This document shows positions 57,366-64,000 of a stretch of DNA of 64,000 nucleotides, piece after piece. The stretch is from Candidatus Latescibacterota bacterium. Its GTDB lineage: Bacteria; Latescibacterota; UBA2968; UBA8231. Made by a program: the position numbers and the translations under genes. The notes under the pieces were generated by a model that saw only the letters and a program-made list of their open reading frames with translations, was not told the DNA's origin and made no database searches. Each line of letters opens with the position of its first letter. The stretch's first letter is position 1. Location: positions 1,376,001-1,440,000 of the forward strand of contig OZ241867.1 of NCBI GenBank assembly GCA_965203175.1. Direction: 5' to 3'.

Positions 57366-58259
57366 TCACCCTCCGACCAACCCCTGGTGGGCGTAGTGCC
57401 AATCCTCTAAGTGATTGAGCAACACCCCTGAAGTCCACGTCGGAGGACGCTGCAAAGTGGCGTGGATCTCGGCCTGCTTGGCGGCGATGTGCTCGCGTTC
57501 GAGCAGGCGCTGATTGAAGGCCGCCACCGCTTCTCCCTCGATAGTACCTTCCTGTCGCACCCAGTCCTCAAACGCGAGATAGGTCGGCATCTCCTCGCGG
57601 AGAAACGCCAGGGCTGCGTCCTGATCCACCTGCAAGGTCTGCAAGCAGCGCTGGTCGAGGCTGCCCTCGGCACAGTCGGGGTAGTCGAGATGCAGCCAGC
57701 CCCTGGCGCGCAGGCAGGTCTTGAGCCACGTGCGCGGAAGCTGACAGATGCCCAGCGGGCCTCGGTCGATGCTGCTGAGAGTAGGGGCCACAGGCCCGGG
57801 CAGGCCCGGGGCATCGGGGGTGAGGACGCGAGCGAAGACGCGGCGATGGAAAAGGTGCCAGTCCTGTAGGCAGTTGAGCAGCACGGCCGATACCTCGGTC
57901 GTCTCCTCCAGCGACCAGCCTATATCCCCATAGGTCTCGTCGATTTTGTCCGGTCTATAGTGGGTGCGCGGCACCAGCGACTCATTCCAACGCGCGATGC
58001 ACATGGAATCGTAGGTGCCTTCGGCGGTCACCCACTCCTCGAATTCTAGGTAGTTAGGCCGCTGGTCCCACAAAAATTTCAAGGCACTGTCTTGGTCGAT
58101 TCGCAGCACCTCCAGCACGTATTTGTCGAGACCGCCACTGCAAAAGGGATAGTCCTCGTCGAGTTGCCCGGCTTGATGGAGGAGGTTTTTCCACCACAGA
58201 CGCGGTAGCTGGGCTACGCCTAGCGGACCTTGACAGAGAGTGCTGACCAATGGAATCAC
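57366..58259 (-). CDS. Tandem DUF5069-like protein
   Basis: Two repeats of GPLGxxQLPRxWxK...L..DYP.C..G.LD...L.ID...YL.FE.WV...LLN.L.DWH. Confidence 0.75.
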   Translation of the reverse strand: MIPLVSTLCQGPLGVAQLPRLWWKNLLHQAGQLDEDYPFCSGGLDKYVLEVLRIDQDSALKFLWDQRPNYLEFEEWVTAEGTYDSMCIARWNESLVPRTHYRPDKIDETYGDIGWSLEETTEVSAVLLNCLQDWHLFHRRVFARVLTPDAPGLPGPVAPTLSSIDRGPLGICQLPRTWLKTCLRARGWLHLDYPDCAEGSLDQRCLQTLQVDQDAALAFLREEMPTYLAFEDWVRQEGTIEGEAVAAFNQRLLEREHIAAKQAEIHATLQRPPTWTSGVLLNHLEDWHYAHQGLVGG

Positions 58260-58271
58260 AATCTGCTCCTT

Positions 58272-59126
58272 TCAGGTGGCTGCCAACTCAAACAGCGGTG
58301 TATTCTCCTCGGCGCGGACCCGCAAGTCTTCCACTTCGGCATCCGTGAGCGGCGCGAGGCGGTCGGCCATGTCTAGGGCCATTTCAAAGAGGGGGATTTC
58401 ACCGGGCGGCAGGGCGGCCGTGATGGGCTGCGATAGGGCGAAGCGCAGGGCTAGCTCGGCTAGCTCCGGCTCGTCAATGGGATCGTACCAGCATTTGGCG
58501 TAGCGTTTGGGTGCCCCTTGGGGTAGGAGCGAGCGGGCCATGGCTTTGAGGGCTAGGCAGGCGGTGCCGCGCTCCTGTGCCTTGGCCACAACTTGGGGGC
58601 CGAAGTCCGCCTGGAAGTAATTGACCCAGTTGACGGGGAAAAGCACCGAGTCAAAGGGGAAATAGTCCAGCAGTTGCAAGGCGATTTCAGCCGAGTGGGC
58701 TGAAAAACCTATATGGCGCACCAAGCCTTGATCGCGGGCCTCCACAAACGCCTCCAAGGCTCCGTCGGGAGCAGTCGCCGAGGCAAAATCCTCATCCGTG
58801 GTCATGGCGTGCAATTGGTACAGATCAAAGTGGTCGGTGCGCATGGTCTTGAGCGATTGGCGCAACTCAGCGGCAGCCCCGGCCCGCGTGCGCTGGGTCG
58901 TCTTGCAGGCCAAGAATACATCGCTGCGATACGGTTCCAGAGCTGGCCCCAAACGCTCCTCGGCGTTGCCGTAGGACGGAGCCACGTCAAAGTAATTAAC
59001 GCCGCGTTCAACGGCTCGTCCCACCAAGCGGGCGGCCTCGACCGCTTCCACTTGGCTGACGACGATGCCGCCAAAGCCGATTACAGAGAGATGTTCACCA
59101 GTGGTGCCATAGGGACGTCGCTGCAT
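58272..59126 (-). CDS. Aldo/keto reductase
   Basis: GVNYFDVAPSYG, ACKT, DLYQLHA, IGFSAH. Confidence 0.92.
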   Translation of the reverse strand: MQRRPYGTTGEHLSVIGFGGIVVSQVEAVEAARLVGRAVERGVNYFDVAPSYGNAEERLGPALEPYRSDVFLACKTTQRTRAGAAAELRQSLKTMRTDHFDLYQLHAMTTDEDFASATAPDGALEAFVEARDQGLVRHIGFSAHSAEIALQLLDYFPFDSVLFPVNWVNYFQADFGPQVVAKAQERGTACLALKAMARSLLPQGAPKRYAKCWYDPIDEPELAELALRFALSQPITAALPPGEIPLFEMALDMADRLAPLTDAEVEDLRVRAEENTPLFELAAT

Positions 59127-59162
59127 GGATATTCTCCTATTTTCCAGTAGTGATTAGACCAT

Positions 59163-59975
59163 TCAATTGGCGTTCTGTAGCACCGAAGCGCCACTAGTCG
59201 AGATCTTGCCGAGAGTGGGGCCGCCCTTGTATTTGAGCACAGAGGCACCCGTCAGCCGAGCGTCGAGGGTCCCTTGGGTATGGACGGTAACAACGCTAGC
59301 ACCGCTGAGGTCAATATCGGCGTTCTTGCAGACGAAATCGCCGAGCCGAAGGACACTGGCACCAGAAGCGCGGACGACGAGATCGTCACCGGTGCCGCTG
59401 AGTTGGAGTTGACAGGCACCGGATAACTGACACTTCAATGAGCCAGTATTGATCGTACCCGAAAGGCTACTGGCACCGCTGATATCGAAATTGACGGCAT
59501 GGGCTACCGCAAAGTCAGATATCTCGACGCGTGTAGCACCGATGAGCCCGAGATTTGTAAGATCGGGCATAATGATTTCGACATCGAAGGTGGTATTGCT
59601 GTACGAGCCGTTTTCGAGCCCGATTTCCAGTTTGTCACCCGAACGCGTCCCGTCGGCGGATTGGGCTTTATTGCCCTCGACACGCACTGTGGTGTTATTG
59701 ACGCGCAGGCGGTCAATGATGTTGTCGTCGATGCGAATGATCACCCGGTACTCGTCGCCCTGTGCGATGGTGCCCTGAGCGTGGTGGGTTAGATCAACTC
59801 GCGTAAAGTCGTCGAAATCCAATTCCAGGCTGACGACATCGCCAGATCCTTCGATTTTTTCGCCCTCGCCAATTTTTTCGCCCCCGTTGATACTTACCTC
59901 TCCTATGACACAGCCCCCCGACAAACAGATCAGCGCCACGAGCACTGCTACCTCGATTAGATACGTCCGCTGCAT
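59163..59975 (-). CDS. DUF2807 / head GIN domain lipoprotein
   Basis: LSGGC lipobox; IEGSG; repeated SGAS units. Confidence 0.85.
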   Translation of the reverse strand: MQRTYLIEVAVLVALICLSGGCVIGEVSINGGEKIGEGEKIEGSGDVVSLELDFDDFTRVDLTHHAQGTIAQGDEYRVIIRIDDNIIDRLRVNNTTVRVEGNKAQSADGTRSGDKLEIGLENGSYSNTTFDVEIIMPDLTNLGLIGATRVEISDFAVAHAVNFDISGASSLSGTINTGSLKCQLSGACQLQLSGTGDDLVVRASGASVLRLGDFVCKNADIDLSGASVVTVHTQGTLDARLTGASVLKYKGGPTLGKISTSGASVLQNAN

Positions 59976-60030
59976 GGAAAACCTCCTCGTTTGCTGCAGA
60001 TGGATTTGACGTAGGGACGAATGGTCCCAC

Positions 60031-61179
60031 TTAGTCAAACACCATTTCGCCGCATTTGTATCCTTCAATGTAATCCCAATCCATCTCCACGCCCAAACCC
60101 GGTCCCTGCGGCACGGGCACATGGCCTTGGGCATCAACGTTTTCCAACTCGTCGGTGAATTCGGGGGGATAGACGGGCGGCTTGGTGTTTTTAACTAAGG
60201 GATGGAGCAGACCCAATTCGTAGTAGTTGGTGTTGCGGATGGCGGCAATGCAGTGGCGGTGCGCCAAACCGCCGCCGTGGAACTCGCAGTCGAGACCAAA
60301 ACCCTCGGCCGCGTGGGCGACCTTCATCGCGCCCGTGATGCCGCCGTCCTCAAACGTGCCGACGCGGACGAAATCCGTGCCGCCGTGGGCGATGAAGTCC
60401 ACGTGCTGTTCAAGACCAAAGATGTGCTCGGTCTGCAAAAGCGGCGTCTTGAGCAATTCGCGCAGCTTCTTGTGGGCAAAAATCGACACGCCGCCGTCCT
60501 TATAGGGATCCTCCAGCCAGAAGTAGCCCGCCTCGTCGCAGGCGCGGCCCACGCGCAGAGCGTCCGCCCACGTCTCGTATTCACAGGCCGGGTCGATCAT
60601 CAGATCCATCCGGTCGCCCACGCGCTCGCCAACTGCGAGCACATTGGCGACCTCGCGGGCGATGGGAGCGTTGCCCCAGCCGTGAATCTTGAACGCGGGA
60701 TAGCCAATTCCCGCGCACTGCTCGGCAAAGTCGGCAAAAGCCTCCGGCGTGCTCAAGCCACCGTTTTCGTCGCCGTGGTAGGTCGAAGCATAGGCGGGAA
60801 TGGTCTTTCGCCAGCCGCCCAAAAGCTGCCAGATAGGCGCGTCGTACACCTTGCCGGCAAAATCCCACAGCGCCACGTCAACAGCGCAGATTTCGGTGCG
60901 GGCGGAGTGGCGCAGACCGCGCTTGATATCGTTGTAAATCCGCTCGCGGGCAAACGGATTCCGACCGAGCAGGTAGCGGGCGACGTTTTCGGGCACCGGA
61001 GGGCCGAGGCATTCGCCGGTGACGCCAATGCTGGTGTGGATGCGCACCGCGCAGGGCGTCATCGACAGCGTCGCACCCTGCTGGTAAACCTGATTAAAAC
61101 CATTGTAGTCAGTGCCCATGTTTTCGATCTGATGGGCGAAGTAAATATTTTCGATCTGGGTGATTTTGGGATCGGCCAT
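60031..61179 (-). CDS. Mandelate racemase/muconate lactonizing enzyme (enolase superfamily)
   Basis: DVALWD, PAYAS, KIHG, LMID, WLEDP, QTEH, GPGLGVE. Confidence 0.92.
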   Translation of the reverse strand: MADPKITQIENIYFAHQIENMGTDYNGFNQVYQQGATLSMTPCAVRIHTSIGVTGECLGPPVPENVARYLLGRNPFARERIYNDIKRGLRHSARTEICAVDVALWDFAGKVYDAPIWQLLGGWRKTIPAYASTYHGDENGGLSTPEAFADFAEQCAGIGYPAFKIHGWGNAPIAREVANVLAVGERVGDRMDLMIDPACEYETWADALRVGRACDEAGYFWLEDPYKDGGVSIFAHKKLRELLKTPLLQTEHIFGLEQHVDFIAHGGTDFVRVGTFEDGGITGAMKVAHAAEGFGLDCEFHGGGLAHRHCIAAIRNTNYYELGLLHPLVKNTKPPVYPPEFTDELENVDAQGHVPVPQGPGLGVEMDWDYIEGYKCGEMVFD

Positions 61180-61190
61180 AGGGGCTCCTC

Positions 61191-62030
61191 TCAGGCGAAA
61201 ACCGTCAGACGGGCAGGATTGGCGGGATTGACGGTCCACAGTTCCGCTGGATCGTAAACGCGCACGGCCTTCGGAGGATGCGCCGGTAGCGTCCACTCTG
61301 GGTTGAAGCGCTCGATTAGCCCAGCGAGATTCTTGTAGGCGATGCGGTCCTTGAGGTCGTCGTCAACTGGGGCCTCCTCAATAACCTTCTGCAATATCCT
61401 ATAGTCGTAATAGGGCAAGTCGGCACCAAAAATCAGCCGCTCGCGTCCCACCTTGTCGGCCAGCCACGCGAAATCCCACTCAGAGCCCGGCCCGTCCGGG
61501 TACTGGACGACCTCGAAAAATACATTGTCGTACTTGGCCAGATTCTCGGCGGCCCAAGTGCTGGCGTGGGCGATGAACGTGCAGTGTCGGAACATTGCGG
61601 CAATGCGGTCCATGAGCGGGTTGTGCATATGCAGGTTGACCAAGCCCTCGCGAGCGGCTGCAGCCTCGACGAAGGGAATGCACCACTCGGCGATGGGCGG
61701 ATGGCCGACGATGCCGACCAACCCCAATTCGCTCATGGCCTTTTCGGCCTCCTCAATACCCAGCTTGCCAAAGCGCTCCTCAATCAGGGCCAAGCCGATG
61801 GGGAAGACGCCGGGAAAATCGCGGCAGGCGCGGGCAATAACCTCGTTCTGGTGGCGAATATCCACGATGCCGCGGGCGATCGGACTGCCGACGGCAGTGG
61901 GCATGGAGATCGCGGCGTGGATGTGGGTCTCGGCAAAGCGCGTGAGGCACATGGCGGTGTTTTGGCCGACCGGCGGCACGCGGTCGATGGTGCGGCCAAT
62001 GTGGTTGTGGCAGTCGATATAGGGACGCAT
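61191..62030 (-). CDS. Amidohydrolase family protein
   Basis: IDCHNH, LHMH, AHAS, IFGADLPY. Confidence 0.85.
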   Translation of the reverse strand: MRPYIDCHNHIGRTIDRVPPVGQNTAMCLTRFAETHIHAAISMPTAVGSPIARGIVDIRHQNEVIARACRDFPGVFPIGLALIEERFGKLGIEEAEKAMSELGLVGIVGHPPIAEWCIPFVEAAAAREGLVNLHMHNPLMDRIAAMFRHCTFIAHASTWAAENLAKYDNVFFEVVQYPDGPGSEWDFAWLADKVGRERLIFGADLPYYDYRILQKVIEEAPVDDDLKDRIAYKNLAGLIERFNPEWTLPAHPPKAVRVYDPAELWTVNPANPARLTVFA

Positions 62031-63077
62031 TCAAAGCTCCGTTAGGTCGATGGCGCGGCGCGCTTGGGTGGCACGGCGCGCCGCCTCGATAATGCTGAGG
62101 TTGTGATAGGCCCGCGCGGCGGTGATCGGCGGCGAATCCCCCGCGGCTAGGGCAGCGAACGTGGCGGTGAGATAGCCAGCGTGGCCGGTGACATTGCGCT
62201 CCGTGACGTCGAGCGGAATCTCGGACCAACTGCCCGTCTCCCGCGAGAAGCAATGCAACGCCCGGCCGCGACCAACGACGCGCAGGCAGTCGCCGCGAGT
62301 GTGCACTTCGCAGAGATTGCCCAACTCGCCGGCCCCACCACCGACCATGCCCCACGAGGTCGAGACCGTGGAGATGGCTCCGTTTTCGTGTTCGAGGAGC
62401 AAGAGCGCCACATCGTCGACGTCGATGTCGAAAAAGCGCGTCTGCACCCTCGCCTCGACATAGCGCACCGGCGAGCACATCAAGGTTTCGAGCGAATAGA
62501 TCTCGTGGTACCCCGTATCGCCGATGCAGCCGCCGCCCGCCGCTTTGGAAGCCCGCCAGATCCTAGCCGGGCTGGCGCGGTGATGGGCCTCGGTCATGGG
62601 GAAGATCGATTTGGCGCGACCGACTTGCGGTTCGGGCAACTCGTCCCCGTGCAAAAGCGCGATGGCGTGCAGGGTGCCGGGAGTAAAGACGGCGTTGTGG
62701 ACGACTGTATAAACGACGTCATGGCGCGCGACAGCGTCTAGCACGGCCGCGGCTTCCTCCAGCGAGGTGGCCATCGGCTTTTCGCTGATGACGGCACAAC
62801 CAGCCTCAGCCGCGGCAATGACTTGCTCGGCGTGGAGGTGGTGCGGCGTGGCAATGAGGACGGCGTCGAGGGCGGCTTGCTCCAGCATATCGCGGTAGTC
62901 GGCGTAGCGCTGGGCGGGCGGGACGCCGGTCGTCGCACCGACTTTAGCAAGGTTGTCATCGTCTGGATCAGCCAGCGCGGCAATGCGTACCGTATCGAGC
63001 TCGCACAACGTCGGCAGGTGCTGCAGCTGGACGATGCCGCCGCAGCCGATTAGTCCGAGGCGAATGGGTGTTTGCAT
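62031..63077 (-). CDS. Gfo/Idh/MocA family oxidoreductase
   Basis: GLIGCGGI, SEKPMA, GGGCIGDTGYH. Confidence 0.92.
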   Translation of the reverse strand: MQTPIRLGLIGCGGIVQLQHLPTLCELDTVRIAALADPDDDNLAKVGATTGVPPAQRYADYRDMLEQAALDAVLIATPHHLHAEQVIAAAEAGCAVISEKPMATSLEEAAAVLDAVARHDVVYTVVHNAVFTPGTLHAIALLHGDELPEPQVGRAKSIFPMTEAHHRASPARIWRASKAAGGGCIGDTGYHEIYSLETLMCSPVRYVEARVQTRFFDIDVDDVALLLLEHENGAISTVSTSWGMVGGGAGELGNLCEVHTRGDCLRVVGRGRALHCFSRETGSWSEIPLDVTERNVTGHAGYLTATFAALAAGDSPPITAARAYHNLSIIEAARRATQARRAIDLTEL

Positions 63078-63084
63078 AGGCTTA

Positions 63085-63107
63085 GGCGACCGGCCGGTCG
63101 CCCCTAC
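63085..63107 (-). repeat. GTAG-type REP palindrome
   Basis: Minus strand reads gtaggggcgaccggccggtcgcc. Confidence 0.65.
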
Positions 63108-63110
63108 ATC

Positions 63111-64000
63111 TTAATACGGCGTATCCTTGGTGGTGATGGGACACCAGCGGGCGGCGAACAAATAGTCGAACAAGAGCTCCGTCGCCTCCGGCGTCCCAAT
63201 GCGCTCCAAGGTTTTGGCCGCCTTGGCACTGACGTAGCGGTTTGGGTCGTCTAGGGCTGCTACCACCGCTGGCTGCACAGCTTCGGCAGCCGGGCCCAGC
63301 CGCGCCAAGCCCAAGGCGGCATTGCGCCGTACCCATTCGTCGTCGTCACCCAAAACTCCGGCCAGTTCCTCTAGCACCGCTGAGGGCAATGCGCCCATGG
63401 CACCCAAGGCTTCGGCGGCGTGGCCTCGCACCTCGTCTGACGCATCGCCTAGCGCCCGCTGCAATGCAGGTACCGCTGCGGCACCCTCCCGACCCATATC
63501 GCCCAAACAATCGACCGCGGCTAGCCGCACGTCCGAATCGTCGTCAGCGCAGGCTTGGGCTAGCGCCTCGACTGCGACCGGGCCGGCTGCGGCCAAACCG
63601 TAGCCAGCGTTGCGCCGCACGTGTTCCGATCCCTGGCGCAAGCAGTCCACAAGCGGCCCCACGGCTGGCTCCCCAGCGCGACCAAGGGCATAGGCCGCCG
63701 CTTGACTCGCCGCCTCGGAATCACCCCTCAGCATCTGCAGCAACGCCGACTGCTCACCGTCGACAGCAAGACCTGCGGACCGCCCGCCGTACCATTCCCA
63801 CATACTGTGCCACATGGGTGCCTCGGCATGCCCGTTCCCAGCCCAAGGCTCCCCGCTTGCATCCCAACTAGGCCCGTCTGGCTCTTCAAGGCGGACGAAG
63901 AGAAACTTGACCATATAGCGAGCCTGCTCGGTGCTATTGGGCGTGGCTCGGTGCCACAGATCGTAGTGGACAATGCCGACCGTCCCAGCCTCCCCCGCGA
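63111..64000 (-). CDS. PhyH-like dioxygenase fused to HEAT repeats (5' end outside window)
   Basis: Frame open upstream of 63914: AGTVGIVHYDLWHRATPN..RYMVKFLF; several VRxxAAxALG repeats. Confidence 0.85.
   Translation of the reverse strand, partial: AGEAGTVGIVHYDLWHRATPNSTEQARYMVKFLFVRLEEPDGPSWDASGEPWAGNGHAEAPMWHSMWEWYGGRSAGLAVDGEQSALLQMLRGDSEAASQAAAYALGRAGEPAVGPLVDCLRQGSEHVRRNAGYGLAAAGPVAVEALAQACADDDSDVRLAAVDCLGDMGREGAAAVPALQRALGDASDEVRGHAAEALGAMGALPSAVLEELAGVLGDDDEWVRRNAALGLARLGPAAEAVQPAVVAALDDPNRYVSAKAAKTLERIGTPEATELLFDYLFAARWCPITTKDTPY

Overview
GC-rich bacterial chromosome segment. Secreted proteins ending in 'NYPNPFNP' FlgD-Ig/T9SS-like domains or an 'SWGQ[VI]K' tail, plus many sugar-catabolism and PhyH genes, suggest Candidatus Latescibacterota or a similar FCB-group lineage (inference only). 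Layout: (1) 1-6.2 kb, three tandem mosaic FG-GAP/VCBS secreted paralogues with REP hairpins. (2) 6.4-18.5 kb, carbohydrate metabolism genes, including a GH26-like lipoprotein lacking both catalytic Glu. (3) 18.5-37.3 kb, a defence island built on a type I R-M locus (hsdM, frameshifted hsdS, hsdR, M48 peptidase) with cargo in its intergenic slots. (4) 37-47 kb, metabolic and housekeeping genes. (5) 47.1-55.9 kb, a decayed cassette-like array partly inverted between two inverted IS5-family copies. (6) 56-64 kb, metabolic genes. The main finding is a six-gene operon at 27469-31618: SLATT 4TM effector, TIR, TGT-fold protein, OGG-like glycosylase, QueC-like protein and a second TIR beginning MGGG. 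It has the TGT/OGG/QueC accessory trio of type IV CBASS, but Thoeris ThsB-like TIR proteins occupy the place of the CD-NTase. It is a candidate TIR-signalling anti-phage system controlled by deazaguanylation, flanked by a 45-bp duplication of the hsdS 3' end. All family assignments come from motif recognition by eye; no database searches were run.
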